In this document: positions 10,901-19,564 of the stretch, piece by piece
Position numbering within the stretch: the stretch's first letter is position 1
Layout of the letters: every line of letters starts with the position of its first letter
Source: Alphaproteobacteria bacterium
Lineage (GTDB): Bacteria; Pseudomonadota; Alphaproteobacteria; JABAAW01
Length of the DNA: 64,000 bases
NCBI GenBank assembly: GCA_965216605.1
Contig: CBDCGG010000002.1
Coordinates: forward strand, 519,871 to 583,870
Direction of reading: 5' to 3'
Position numbers and translations under genes: made by a program
The notes under the pieces: generated by a model
Seen by the model: the letters and a program-made list of their open reading frames with translations, nothing else
Told to the model about the DNA's origin: nothing
Database searches by the model: none

Positions 10901-11686
10901 GTCGCCGATCTTGAGAAACGACATGAGCCCCGACGAGTATCCTCCGCCAGACAGGGGTTCGTTTTCGCCGCGCAGTTGTGAGAAGTTGCTCCCTGTTCCT
11001 GAACCAAATTTGAACAGGCGAGCTTCGCGCACCCACAGATCCATGATGCCGCCTTCGCCGACTAGGTCGTCCTTGACCGATTGGATGAAGCAGGCGTGGG
11101 GTTGCGGGCGTTCGTATGCTGAGTTCGCCAGCGCGAGGTTATCGGTTTTCTCGTCTACATACCAGTGTCCTTGTGGCGGACCTTCGATACCGTAGGCCCA
11201 GTGCATCCCTGTGTTGAACCATTGGGGAGAGTTGGGCGAGGCGATTTGTTTAGCGAGCATGTAGCGCATTTCGTCGAAGAAGGCTTGTGCGTCTTCTTCG
11301 CTATCGAAGTAGCCGTTTTTTGCTCCCCAGTATGTCCAGGTGCCTGTGATTCGGGCGAAGACTTGTTTGGCGCTTACTTCGCCTGTTGTTTGCTCTTCTT
11401 TGGGGAGGGCGTTGAGTTTTTGTGTATTGGGGATGGATCGTTCGATGAAGGTTGGGATGCCTTCTTCTGGGACGGGTTGGAGGTATTTGGGGATACCTCG
11501 ACGGCGGAAGTATTTTTGCGCGAGGATATCGGTTGCGGTTGAGGACCAGGACTTGGGGACTTCCACATTTTTTTGTTGGAAGACGATATTGCCTGAGGCG
11601 TCTTGGAGAGAGGCAGAGACGCGGTGAAAGGGGATGGAGGCGTAGGGGCTTGCGCCGGCGCGTGTGTAGTGGCGGGGGATCTTCAA
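7979..11686 (-). CDS. nrdJ: Class II adenosylcobalamin-dependent ribonucleoside-diphosphate reductase NrdJ (1235 aa)
   Basis: Its length and motifs are typical of alphaproteobacterial NrdJ, with a C-terminal Cys cluster '[27 protein letters not shown]' and the internal RNR barrel motif '[18 protein letters not shown]'. Confidence 0.85.
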   Translation of the reverse strand: MKIPRHYTRAGASPYASIPFHRVSASLQDASGNIVFQQKNVEVPKSWSSTATDILAQKYFRRRGIPKYLQPVPEEGIPTFIERSIPNTQKLNALPKEEQTTGEVSAKQVFARITGTWTYWGAKNGYFDSEEDAQAFFDEMRYMLAKQIASPNSPQWFNTGMHWAYGIEGPPQGHWYVDEKTDNLALANSAYERPQPHACFIQSVKDDLVGEGGIMDLWVREARLFKFGSGTGSNFSQLRGENEPLSGGGYSSGLMSFLKIGDRAAGAIKSGGTTRRAAKMVVVDIDHPDVEEFIDWKVLEEQKVASLVVGAQRCQQHLDNVLDAAHSDDIPKEQRYDELTNPLLASALKAARSERIPESILVKALLKARQGERRIPFSTFDTDWQGNAYLTVSGQNANNSVRVSERFLQAVERDEPWHLTRRTDEKTHKTLAARTLWTKIADAAWASADPGIQFDTTINEWHTCPNSGRINASNPCSEYMFLDDTACNLASFNLLQFCSDEGFLTEAFTHATRLWTCALEISVAMAQFPSQAIARNSYDFRTLGLGFANLGGTLMSFGVPYDSSEGRSFCAAISSLMSGTAYETSAEMAAELGAFARFPENKEPMLRVMRNHRRAAQGKDQSKSQGNFYGKSQGKDGDYEGLSRPPVAFESSECSDKALAAAAREVWDRVIEKGEQHGFRNAQVSVIAPTGTIGIVMDCATMGIEPDFALVKMKKLAGGGMLKIVNPTLSAALRSLGYIEESALAIEQAVVGSGKLSSNDKGLSRARLEREGITSKSVQAIERALKSAFHIRNAFTPHTLGAKAFQRLVVRNGDVLAALGFSAQEIADANAEICGRLTVEGVPLLQEKHLAVFDCATSCGIEGKRSLSFESHIRMMAAAQPFISGAISKTVNMPHHATIEDCQQAFEESWKLGLKANALYRDGSKLSQPLTSSRGEKEESPVAETQAHIHKLAEKIARDLFEQYKQTLAAEEKKTSTQVQPSIRGERDRLPARRKSYTQKAVVGGHKVYLHTGEYEDGSLGEIFIDMHKEGAAFRSMMNNFAIAVSIGLQYGVPLREFADAFTFTRFEPSGIVRENASIRNATSILDYIFRELAISYLGRDDLGHIELPEADFTGLGKGKDEGRLSEEALAAIDHLKKHMTKLTSSGYVRRELSVKRNGNGNGNKNKNGNGGSGVSHTALAGESVIEAEELSSQTQTQTMDEGIGDSCDFCGHITLVRSGSCYACTTCGQTTGCS

Positions 11687-11834
11687 GGGAGCAGTAGGGG
11701 TTAGGGGGGGTCAATAGTAAGTAGCCGAAGGCAGTATAGCCTCTGATGGACGATGGTGGGCTACGATGGGCTATTCACCTAGATACTTATTGAAATGCTT
11801 TTTGGGTTGTCCACAAGTTTTTTTTTGTCTAACG

Positions 11835-11985
11835 ACGCGCACGTAGTGCGCGGGGGGGTGTGGGGGGATAAATTCCCCCCACGAAGACCCCGCGTCAGCG
11901 GAGCGCGCGTAAGCGCGCTTTAACTACGCGTGAGCGAAGCGAAACGCGCAGCCTCTTATTCAAAAGCGCACGACTTGTCGTCAAT
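11835..11985. repeat. Copy B of the ~140-bp dispersed intergenic repeat family
   Basis: It lies in the 700-bp divergent intergenic region upstream of nrdJ. It shares the core AAGACCCCGCGTCAGCG / GCGCGTAAGCGCGC / GCCTCTTATTCAAAAGCGCACGACTTGTCGTC with copies A and C, and contains the GGGGGGATAAATTCCCCCC hairpin. Confidence 0.8.
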
Positions 11986-12029
11986 ACGAAAAGCGCGTTA
12001 TTTTCCAAAAGCTCTGCTACACTCCCCCC

Positions 12030-12371
12030 ATGCCCACCGCCATCACCCTCCTCCAAACCCTCCTCCACGGTCGTCTCGTCGGACGCGACTCCCTCCATAA
12101 CCGATACTACCAAGACAAAAATCCCAAAAAAAACCGCCGATGGGTCATCTATAACAAAAAACCCGAAGACGCATCCCTCATTACCCCCGCCTGGCACGCC
12201 TGGATGCACCACACTACCAATATCCCCCCCTCCCAATCCCCTACCCCGCGACTCCAACACGCCTGGCAAAAACCCCATCAACCCAATCTCACCGGAACAG
12301 CCAAATCTCGACGCTCGACAAAAAAACAACCCCCCAAATCCTACGAAGCCTGGACACCTCCCGCCCGCTAA
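12030..12371 (+). CDS. NDUFA12 (complex I B17.2 subunit)-like protein
   Basis: Motifs 'GRLVGRDSLHNRYYQD', 'RRWVIY' and 'PAWHAWMHHTT' match the NDUFA12 family signature (xLVGxDxxGNxYYE ... RWV.Y ... PEWHxWLH). Confidence 0.55.
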   Translation: MPTAITLLQTLLHGRLVGRDSLHNRYYQDKNPKKNRRWVIYNKKPEDASLITPAWHAWMHHTTNIPPSQSPTPRLQHAWQKPHQPNLTGTAKSRRSTKKQPPKSYEAWTPPAR

Positions 12372-12399
12372 TCCCCAATCCCCAATCTGAAGCTCCGCC

Positions 12400-12942
12400 T
12401 TGACAACCCCAAAACCCTCGCCAATCTCCACCGCGAAAATGCTCGCACGGCGACAACGCATCCAACACCGACTCTACGGAGCCATCACGATCCTCTTCTT
12501 CTCCCTGTTGCTCGCTCATTCCTACCGCGCCGATAGAAGCAACGCCGCCAACCAAGCCATTACCCTCTTCGCCGACTTCCTCAAAGTTCAGGGGCTGCGC
12601 GTAGGAAATTCTGTCACACTGGGAGGCGTTACCATCGGAAAAGTAACGAAAGTCTCGCTGCAAAAGCCCTCGCTGAACGTGCGCGTGCAAATCGCCATAG
12701 GCAACACCCTCGCTATCCCCGCCGACAGCGCCGCGATCATCCGAGCCCAAGACCTGTCAGGAACCATGAACCTCGTAGTCGAGCCAGGCGGCGAAGAAGA
12801 ATCCCTGCAAGAAGGAGATTTCTTCACCTTCACGCGCGAACCCATCGAACTGCCCCAACTGATCACAACGATCGTCGAACGCGCCGAACGCAATGTCGCG
12901 CGTCCCGACGACACGCAACAAAACCACAGGAGCTCCCAATGA
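12400..12942 (+). CDS. MlaD/MCE-family protein (paralog 1)
   Basis: An N-terminal TM helix is followed by an MCE-domain-like segment 'NSVTLGGVTIGKVTKVSL'. The start may be the internal Met at 12439. Confidence 0.55.
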   Translation: MTTPKPSPISTAKMLARRQRIQHRLYGAITILFFSLLLAHSYRADRSNAANQAITLFADFLKVQGLRVGNSVTLGGVTIGKVTKVSLQKPSLNVRVQIAIGNTLAIPADSAAIIRAQDLSGTMNLVVEPGGEEESLQEGDFFTFTREPIELPQLITTIVERAERNVARPDDTQQNHRSSQ

Positions 12943-13385
12943 AACACAGCTGGTTTGAACTGATCGCAGGATTTGCCGCGCTCGCCTGCGCCGTCGTATT
13001 CTTCCTGTATGCAACGGCAGAAGAAACGGAAGAAGGCGAACAAACCTTTACCGCACACTTTACCTCCAGCCGCGGCGTCGTGCGCGGTAGCGAAGTGCGC
13101 CTTAACGGCGTGGTGATCGGCAAGGTCACGCGCGTCCATATCGACCAAGACGTCTTCGATGCCGTGATGACGCTCACCATCCAAGATTCTCTGCGCCTGC
13201 CCTTCGATAGCATGCTGGTAGCACAAAGCCCCCTGCTACTGGGCGAAGCCTACCTCAATGTAATCCCAGGTAAAGAAACTACCGCCCTGCAAAGCGGCGA
13301 TCGCATCGTCTCGACACGAAGCGAACCCACCTTCGAGGAAATTCTAGAACGCGCCGTCTTCGTTGTCGGAGAGCAAGCGCGATGA
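12939..13385 (+). CDS. MlaD/MCE-family protein (paralog 2)
   Basis: An N-terminal TM helix is followed by 'VRLNGVVIGKVTRVHI', an MCE-like motif. It overlaps the upstream paralog by 4 nt (ATGA). Confidence 0.55.
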   Translation: MKHSWFELIAGFAALACAVVFFLYATAEETEEGEQTFTAHFTSSRGVVRGSEVRLNGVVIGKVTRVHIDQDVFDAVMTLTIQDSLRLPFDSMLVAQSPLLLGEAYLNVIPGKETTALQSGDRIVSTRSEPTFEEILERAVFVVGEQAR

Positions 13386-13867
13386 CACCTCGCCCTGCGC
13401 AACCTTGCCCGCACAACCCCAACATCGCTGCTGTTGCGATGACTATGTCCATGATCATGGCCATGGCGATGGCGATGGTGATTGCGATTGTTTTCTCGCC
13501 TCCCCTAGCTTTCGGGCAAGATGTGCTCGACGACGAGGATGCTTCCTCTGCCGAGCCTTTCGCTTCCTCGCAAAGTCTGAAAGGAGGGTCGAGCGCATCG
13601 CTGATCGGCTTGAACAAACGCTCGGGACAGGCGCGTAAGCTGCGCGCTCCCGTCGGACAAAGCTTGCGCTTCGAAACGCTTACGATCAACCTGGTTTCTT
13701 GCACGCGCATCCTCTATCCGCGCTTTGAAGATTCGGCAGCCTTGCTGTCGATCTCGGAGCGGAAAGAAGGAGTCTTGTTTAAAGGCTGGATGTACGCACA
13801 ATATCCCTCGTTGAGCGCGATGGATCACCCGATTTACGATGTGTGGGTCGAACGCTGTCTGCCTTGA
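13382..13867 (+). CDS. Hypothetical secreted protein (contains an (ATGGCG)n-encoded MAMAMAM stretch)
   Basis: It has signal-peptide-like hydrophobic N-terminus and overlaps the upstream gene by 4 nt, as in an operon with the MlaD-like genes. It may be a DUF2155-type periplasmic protein; this is unverified. Confidence 0.35.
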   Translation: MTPRPAQPCPHNPNIAAVAMTMSMIMAMAMAMVIAIVFSPPLAFGQDVLDDEDASSAEPFASSQSLKGGSSASLIGLNKRSGQARKLRAPVGQSLRFETLTINLVSCTRILYPRFEDSAALLSISERKEGVLFKGWMYAQYPSLSAMDHPIYDVWVERCLP

Positions 13868-13957
13868 CAAGTCCACGACAAGGACATGACAAGGACATGA
13901 CACAAAGGTTGGGACACGATGGGTGCAACACGCGACACGCACAAAGTTCTCGTTCTC

Positions 13958-14031
13958 GGCGGAGTAGCTCAGTTGGTTAGAGCAACGGAATCATAATCCG
14001 TGTGTCGGGGGTTCAAGTCCCTCCTCCGCTA
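13958..14031 (+). tRNA. tRNA with CAU anticodon (tRNA-Met, or tRNA-Ile2/lysidine)
   Basis: A manual cloverleaf fits: acceptor GGCGGAG/CTCCGCT, D-stem GCTC/GAGC, anticodon stem ACGGA/TCCGT, loop ATCATAA (CAT anticodon) and T-arm GGGGG-TTCAAGT-CCCTC. A T-run follows. Confidence 0.8.
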
Positions 14032-14991
14032 TTTTTTGCGCTTTTTAGACCGCCCCCCTCCCTGAAAGACGGCGCGCACCACCCTGCCGTCGATGAGCGC
14101 AAGCCCAAAAGCAACGAGGGCAAAGCCCGCCCAAACCTGCAAGGTGAGAACCTCGTCCAAAAAAATAGCCCCCAAGGTGATGGCGATCGGCGCAATGATC
14201 AAGGTGCATAGCAGAAGGTTGGCAACGCCCGCCGCGCGTAGAAGGCTGTAGTAAAACAGATAGGCAACCGCTGTCGACACAACGCCCAGCCACAAAATCG
14301 CCGCCATCGAACGAATGTCGGCTGCCAAAAAGACTTGCAAGCCGTCGGGCTTTATCCCTATGAAGGGCACAAGAAACAGCGCGCCGCAAGTGGTCATGCC
14401 CGCCGCGTGGACGACGGGAGAACCCTCCCGTATCAGCATCTTGCCGCTCGCGCCGCCAAAAGCATAGCTTACAGCCGCCGCCAGCACGGCGTATTGCGCA
14501 AGGCTGGAAACATTGATCTGTTGCAAACTTTCAATCCCGATAACGACGACAACGCCGCAAAAGCCCGCGGCAACGCCGAGTGCTTTCGTCGTCGTCAACC
14601 TTTCGTCCTTGAAGAGAATCGCTGCCAGCAAGGTTCCGAAGATGGCGGTTGTCGCGTTGAGAACGGCGGCAAGCCCTGAATCGATTTGCTGCTGCCCCCA
14701 AGCGATGAGCGTGAAGGGTAGAGAGGTGATCAAAACGCCTCCCGCCGCCAAGCCACAAAGAAGACGAAGGCTTTTCGGCACGGCAAGCCCGCGAACAACA
14801 ACGATCGCCCAAAGAAGCACTGCGCCGATACTGATACGCAAAAAGGCGATCGCAGCGGGAGAAAAATTCTCCAGCGCAACATCGATCATAAGAAACGAGC
14901 TACCCCAACAGCAGCTTAACCCCAACAACAACAGCCAGCTACGCAAACTCATCACGATCCTTTTAAAAAAATTTGTCCCCCTTGTCCTCAT
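14029..14991 (-). CDS. EamA/DMT-family transporter
   Basis: It is a 10-TM protein with two EamA-like halves, glycine-rich helices, and a C-terminal basic tail. Confidence 0.7.
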   Translation of the reverse strand: MRTRGTNFFKRIVMSLRSWLLLLGLSCCWGSSFLMIDVALENFSPAAIAFLRISIGAVLLWAIVVVRGLAVPKSLRLLCGLAAGGVLITSLPFTLIAWGQQQIDSGLAAVLNATTAIFGTLLAAILFKDERLTTTKALGVAAGFCGVVVVIGIESLQQINVSSLAQYAVLAAAVSYAFGGASGKMLIREGSPVVHAAGMTTCGALFLVPFIGIKPDGLQVFLAADIRSMAAILWLGVVSTAVAYLFYYSLLRAAGVANLLLCTLIIAPIAITLGAIFLDEVLTLQVWAGFALVAFGLALIDGRVVRAVFQGGGRSKKRKK

Positions 14992-15050
14992 GCTAGCATG
15001 GGCGTAGGTTTTATCGACAACAAAGAGACTCTAACTAACCCACCAACCCC

Positions 15051-15818
15051 ATGCTTTACATAGCTTTCCTACGCTTCGTCTACAACCGCATTGTTTTAAA
15101 GTCTGGCGGCGTGATAAATTTCTTGTGGATTTGGAGCAAAAAGTCCTCTTCGTCAAAGGCATCCTCTGCTAGAAAAGGCGTTTTGTTTTGGCTTTTCTTG
15201 CCGTTGCGCTCCATCGTCAGCGTCGTGAGCGATTTCTTCTCTCGTGCGTTCGACAAACACTCGGAAGCAATCGCGCACGGGCGGTTGGCTACTCACTTAG
15301 GCGGACACTTCGGCTTTACGAATACCGACAAGGGAGCGTTAGTTTTTCTGAAAGAAACATTAGGCGTTGAATCGATGCTCGATGTGGGTTGCGGTCCCGG
15401 CAAGCAGGTGCGCCTTGCTCGTCGGCTCGGCATCGAGGCTTTCGGCGTCGACGGCGACTATACGCTGAAGTTTTCCGAACCCTATTTTTTCTTGCAAGAC
15501 TTCTCTAAGGGAAAGTTCTCTTGCGACAGAACATTCGATCTCGTTTGGTCGGTCGAATTTCTAGAGCATGTCGAAGAGCAATACCAGCCCTTTTACATGG
15601 CTACCTTTCGCTTGGCAAAAGCGGTTGTTTGCACAGCCGCTCTGCCAGGGCAGTTGGGCTTCCACCATGTCAACTGCCGCAAGCAAGCTTACTGGATCGG
15701 CGTGTTCAAAAAATACGGCTTTGTCTTCGACAAGACCAACACACAGAAGCTACGAGAACACAGCTCGATGGGACGCGACTTCATGCGCGATACGGGCATG
15801 CTTTTTATACGCAAATAA
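15051..15818 (+). CDS. Class I SAM-dependent methyltransferase (paralog 1; lower GC than surroundings)
   Basis: Motif I 'LDVGCGPG' and 'FGVDGD' are present, and it shares 'WSVEFLEHVEEQYQPFYM...VVCTAA.PG..G.HHVNC' with the 16899-17726 paralog. It is embedded in the cta cluster on the opposite strand. Confidence 0.55.
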   Translation: MLYIAFLRFVYNRIVLKSGGVINFLWIWSKKSSSSKASSARKGVLFWLFLPLRSIVSVVSDFFSRAFDKHSEAIAHGRLATHLGGHFGFTNTDKGALVFLKETLGVESMLDVGCGPGKQVRLARRLGIEAFGVDGDYTLKFSEPYFFLQDFSKGKFSCDRTFDLVWSVEFLEHVEEQYQPFYMATFRLAKAVVCTAALPGQLGFHHVNCRKQAYWIGVFKKYGFVFDKTNTQKLREHSSMGRDFMRDTGMLFIRK

Positions 15819-15942
15819 GCAAGAGAGCAGGCTAAGTAGCAGGCAATCGAGCGAGAAAGCGCTAGTCAGCCGCTCTGCTCTGTATTTTTTCCTGCTTTCT
15901 CTGCCTGCGGGCTACTGGCTGCTTTGTCAGTTGACCTAGGAG

Positions 15943-16770
15943 CTACGCGCCCCACCAATAGATGCATACGAAAAGGAATAGCCACACGGCATCGACGAAC
16001 TGCCAGTACCACGCGGCGGCTTCGAATCCGAAATGCTGTTGTGGAGTGAAATCCCCTTGCAAGGCGCGGTAGAGACATACGATCAGAAAGATCGTGCCGA
16101 TGATGACATGGAAGCCATGGAAGCCCGTTGCCATGTAGAAGGTCGAGCCGTAGATACCGTCTTTCAAAGCGAATGCGGCGTGCGTGTATTCGTACGCCTG
16201 CAAGGCGGTGAAGAGGATGCCCAAAGCGATCGTTATCGACAAGCCTTTGATGAGCCCTGCTCGATCACCCTCGATGAGCGCGCGATGCGCCCAAGTAGCG
16301 GTCGTTCCAGACAGCAACAAGACGACCGTGTTGGTGAATGGCAGTCCGAAAGCATCGAAGGGACGGATGCCTTCAGGCGGCCAGACGCCTCCGATCTGCT
16401 CGCTCGGAAAGAGCGACGCATTGAAGAATGCCCAAAAGAAGGCGAAGAAGAACATGACTTCGGAAAAGATGAAGAGCACCATGCCATAGCGCAACCCCAG
16501 CTGGACGACGGGTTTGTGGTCTCCCTTGTGCGCCTCGGCGATGACATCGCGCCACCAAAGCGCCACCGTCAGCAGAAGCAGAAAACTGCCGGGCAGTAGC
16601 AACCATCCTCCCCACGCCTCCAGCATCGAGGTGGGCGACTCTCCCAACAGGGAGGGATGCAGGTAGAGGATAAAACCCCCCATAAACATAAAGCCGGCAA
16701 GCGCGCCCAACGCAGGCCAAGGGCTAGGGTCGACCAAATGATAATCGTGCGAAGGTGTAGATGCAGACAT
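15943..16770 (-). CDS. ctaE: Cytochrome c oxidase subunit III
   Basis: It is a 7-TM protein with the conserved COX3 signatures 'FHGFHVIIGT' and 'WYWHFVDVVWLFLF'-like 'AAWYWQFVDAVWLFLFV'. Confidence 0.9.
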   Translation of the reverse strand: MSASTPSHDYHLVDPSPWPALGALAGFMFMGGFILYLHPSLLGESPTSMLEAWGGWLLLPGSFLLLLTVALWWRDVIAEAHKGDHKPVVQLGLRYGMVLFIFSEVMFFFAFFWAFFNASLFPSEQIGGVWPPEGIRPFDAFGLPFTNTVVLLLSGTTATWAHRALIEGDRAGLIKGLSITIALGILFTALQAYEYTHAAFALKDGIYGSTFYMATGFHGFHVIIGTIFLIVCLYRALQGDFTPQQHFGFEAAAWYWQFVDAVWLFLFVCIYWWGA

Positions 16771-16898
16771 GACATCCTCAAAACAAGTCTCGTGAAGTGT
16801 TGGATACCCCCCAACATCTCTATTGCGATTATAGACGACATGTCGGGCTAATGGTCAAAAATTTGTTTTCCTTTCCCTCCTCATGCTAGGATCACTCC

Positions 16899-17726
16899 AT
16901 GTTGTATTCCTTGAAAAAGTTCATCAAACACCTTTTGCGGCGGTTCCTACAATCTTTTTTGTATGTTGCTCTTAAAATAGGATTTTTGTCTTTTCTGTTC
17001 CATTCCCGAATACTAGGAAAACTTCACGATTGGGCGCAATTGCAAGAAAACAGAAAAAACCAAAAGAACGATGATGCTTCAAGGAAACCCTTAAGCGCTC
17101 TTCTGTCTTTGTTCCGCCTGTCGGCAACAAGAGCCATTCTCCATGCAAACAAGTTTTGCATGGGGCACTACGATGCTCTCAAAAAAACTGACTTGCCCTA
17201 TTACATGGGCGGTCACGGAGGAGTGACACACTCGGATGTCGGAGCCCTCGTTTTCCTGAAAAAAGAATTCTCTATACAATCGATGATCGATATCGGTTGC
17301 GGACCAGGAGGGCAAGTCGACGCAGCACGAAAAAACGGAATCGAATCTTTTGGTGTCGACGGCGACAAGAGCCTGAAATTCAACAAACCCTGGTTCTTTA
17401 TACACGATTTCACGAAGGGACACTTTGCTTGCAAACGACACTTCGATCTTGCCTGGTCGGTCGAGTTTCTTGAGCATGTCGAAGAAAAGTATCAACCCTT
17501 CTACATGTCTCTTTTTCAGCGTGCCAAAGTTGTCGTTTGCACGGCGGCACCTCCGGGCAAACCCGGATATCACCATGTCAATTGCCGTGAAATAGCCTAT
17601 TGGATCAAGGTTTTTAAAAAATACGGATTCGCCTTCGATACAAACGGCACCGAACAACTGAAAAAACACTCAAGCATGCAACGCGAGTTTATGCACGAGA
17701 CGGGCATGCTGTTCGTCAAAGCATAG
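16899..17726 (+). CDS. Class I SAM-dependent methyltransferase (paralog 2; markedly AT-rich 5' half)
   Basis: Motifs 'IDIGCGPGGQV', 'FGVDGD' and 'WSVEFLEHVEEKYQPFYM...VVCTAAPPGKPGYHHVNC' are present. It is paralogous to 15051-15818. Confidence 0.55.
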   Translation: MLYSLKKFIKHLLRRFLQSFLYVALKIGFLSFLFHSRILGKLHDWAQLQENRKNQKNDDASRKPLSALLSLFRLSATRAILHANKFCMGHYDALKKTDLPYYMGGHGGVTHSDVGALVFLKKEFSIQSMIDIGCGPGGQVDAARKNGIESFGVDGDKSLKFNKPWFFIHDFTKGHFACKRHFDLAWSVEFLEHVEEKYQPFYMSLFQRAKVVVCTAAPPGKPGYHHVNCREIAYWIKVFKKYGFAFDTNGTEQLKKHSSMQREFMHETGMLFVKA

Positions 17727-17756
17727 CACCCGACAAACCGCGCGTTTGGACGACTC

Positions 17757-18398
17757 TTATTGTTTCTCGTCGCCCAAAGCTTGCGGAAAAAAACTGTACG
17801 AAAGCGTCACCGTATCGAAAGTGTCCCATTCCTCGTGATCGCGCAGCGCGGGGTCGAGAAAAAATACTACCTTCATCGCAACCTTTTCTTTGCCCCGCAG
17901 CGTTTGTTCGACAAAGCAAAAACACTCGATCTTGTGAAAATAGGCGCCCGCCTTAGCAGGCGTCACATTGTAGGTGGCGACCCCCGCAAGCGCATGCGAA
18001 GACAAATTCTCCGCCGTGTAGAAGGTCTCGTAGATCTCGCCAAGGGCAACCTCCATCTCGACCTGCGAGGGACCAAACCCCCAGTCTAGACCGTTCACAT
18101 TGCCATCGAAACGCACCCTTATCGTCTGCGCATCGCCTCGCTTCGTCAAGCCGAGCAGCTCCCGCAAATTGCTTCGTTGTGTCGTACCGCCGAAACCCGT
18201 CGTGCGGCAAAAAAGATCGTACAGCGGAACAGAGGCGAAACTCAATCCCAGCATGAGGCTGCCGAAAAAAAAGATCCTCAACGCAAGACGACGGTTGCGA
18301 ACACTCAATTCTTCCCCTCTCCCTCTCCCCCTTCCTTTCTCTTTCCGCTCACCTCTCACCACTTGCTTGGTTGCTTGCTTGTTGAATGTTCTCGTCAT
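17757..18398 (-). CDS. ctaG: Cytochrome c oxidase assembly protein CtaG/Cox11
   Basis: It has an N-terminal TM helix and the Cox11 copper-binding motif 'CFCF' in 'HKIECFCFVEQTL'. Confidence 0.85.
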   Translation of the reverse strand: MTRTFNKQATKQVVRGERKEKGRGRGRGEELSVRNRRLALRIFFFGSLMLGLSFASVPLYDLFCRTTGFGGTTQRSNLRELLGLTKRGDAQTIRVRFDGNVNGLDWGFGPSQVEMEVALGEIYETFYTAENLSSHALAGVATYNVTPAKAGAYFHKIECFCFVEQTLRGKEKVAMKVVFFLDPALRDHEEWDTFDTVTLSYSFFPQALGDEKQ

Positions 18399-18568
18399 GA
18401 ATACTTGACGACCGACAAGGCATAGAGTGCTACGACGAGCAACAACATTAAAACTAACAAGGCTCTGTTCTTACGCCGCCTGCTCGAAGCCCAAATTTCA
18501 TCTTTGCGCTCCTCCTTGCGCTCGCCCTTGCGTTCAAAGTTTTTTTTGCCTGATGGCTTGTGTTTCAT
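18395..18568 (-). CDS. Small hypothetical membrane protein between ctaB and ctaG
   Basis: The 57-aa ORF (from the internal Met) has a basic N-terminal half and a C-terminal TM helix. Its stop overlaps the ctaG start by 4 nt. This is a weak call. Confidence 0.3.
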   Translation of the reverse strand: MKHKPSGKKNFERKGERKEERKDEIWASSRRRKNRALLVLMLLLVVALYALSVVKYS

Positions 18569-18587
18569 CGCATCGACTCCTTGTTTG

Positions 18588-19559
18588 TCAGATTGCAAGC
18601 CACTGCCAATTCTGCTGCTCCGCCACATGATCGACGATGCGCAAGGAGAACATCAGAATCATATAGACGATGGAAAACCCGAACAAGGCTCCTGCGGCGC
18701 GCAAGGAGGTTTCCTTTTTTCGGTTCAGCCAGAGCGCGTAGAAAATGAAGCGCAACGAAAGCACAAATGCGATGCCGCCGTAGATCCAGCTCGTGCCGCC
18801 GAGCCACGCGAAGGCGAGCGCAAGCGGCAAGAGCGTCAAGGAATAGAGGAGAATTTTCTGTTTTGTCTTTTTTTCTCCACACACGACAGGTAGCACAGGC
18901 ACCCCCGCGCGCTTGTAGTCGTCGCGACGCAAGAGTGCCAAAGCCCACGAATGCGGCGGCGTCCACAAGAAGATCAGCGCGCAGAGCAAGAGAGGCTCCA
19001 GAAAATTTGCCTGCGACGAAGGATTGGCGGCAAGCCACCCGATGAAAGGAGGAGCTGCGCCCGCCGCACCTCCGATGACGGTGTTGTAGACGGTGCGCCG
19101 TTTCAGAAACATGGTGTAGAAGACGGAATAGAAAAGAATCGTGCAAGCCAACAACGCCGCCGCCGCCCATCCCCCCGCAAGCCCCAACAGGGCGAAGGCA
19201 AACAACGAGAGGGTCATGGCGAACACAAACGCATCGGAAGGAGCAATCGTTCCACAAGCCACCGGTCTTGTGCGCGTGCGTAGCATGAGTCGGTCGATGT
19301 CGCGGTCGTACCACATGTTGAAGGCGGCAGCGCCACCTGCGCCCATGGCAACGCCGAGCAAAGCGATGATGTTCAAGACGATGTGGTTGTTGCCGTCCGC
19401 CAACACCATGCCGCAAAGGGCGGTGAAGGTTGTCAGCAGGAGAATTCGCGGCTTGGTGAGCGCGAGAAAATCTCCGACCTCGGAAGGTCTAGCGGCGACG
19501 CGAAACTCTGCGGTTGCGGTTGCGTGCGCCTGCAAGGAAGAACCGCGCGCCAAAGCCAT
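18588..19559 (-). CDS. ctaB: Protoheme IX farnesyltransferase (heme O synthase)
   Basis: It has the UbiA-family fold, the Asp-rich motif 'NMWYDRDID', and is located within the cta operon. Confidence 0.9.
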   Translation of the reverse strand: MALARGSSLQAHATATAEFRVAARPSEVGDFLALTKPRILLLTTFTALCGMVLADGNNHIVLNIIALLGVAMGAGGAAAFNMWYDRDIDRLMLRTRTRPVACGTIAPSDAFVFAMTLSLFAFALLGLAGGWAAAALLACTILFYSVFYTMFLKRRTVYNTVIGGAAGAAPPFIGWLAANPSSQANFLEPLLLCALIFLWTPPHSWALALLRRDDYKRAGVPVLPVVCGEKKTKQKILLYSLTLLPLALAFAWLGGTSWIYGGIAFVLSLRFIFYALWLNRKKETSLRAAGALFGFSIVYMILMFSLRIVDHVAEQQNWQWLAI

Positions 19560-19564
19560 TCAGG

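Noticed and set aside
9788-10981. A 397-aa ORF antisense to nrdJ
   Set aside because: It lies entirely inside the well-supported 1235-aa nrdJ CDS on the opposite strand and has no recognisable domains. Long antisense ORFs are expected at ~60% GC.
11687-12029. Cobalamin riboswitch upstream of B12-dependent nrdJ
   Set aside because: I could not recognise the conserved B12-box (rAGYCMGgAgaCCkGCcd) in the leader. The region is instead occupied by dispersed repeat copy B. NrdJ uses B12 as a cofactor, but its gene is not normally B12-riboswitch-controlled.
15051-17726. Mobile element (IS or transposon) as the carrier of the low-GC methyltransferase genes
   Set aside because: No transposase, integrase, inverted repeats or target-site duplications are visible around either gene. 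Horizontal origin is suggested only by composition.
18290-18360. CT-rich simple sequence (ctccctctccctctccccc...) as an intergenic repeat
   Set aside because: It lies inside the ctaG coding frame, where it encodes the Gly/Arg/Glu-rich N-terminal segment 'KEKGRGRGRGEE'. It is not a separate element.
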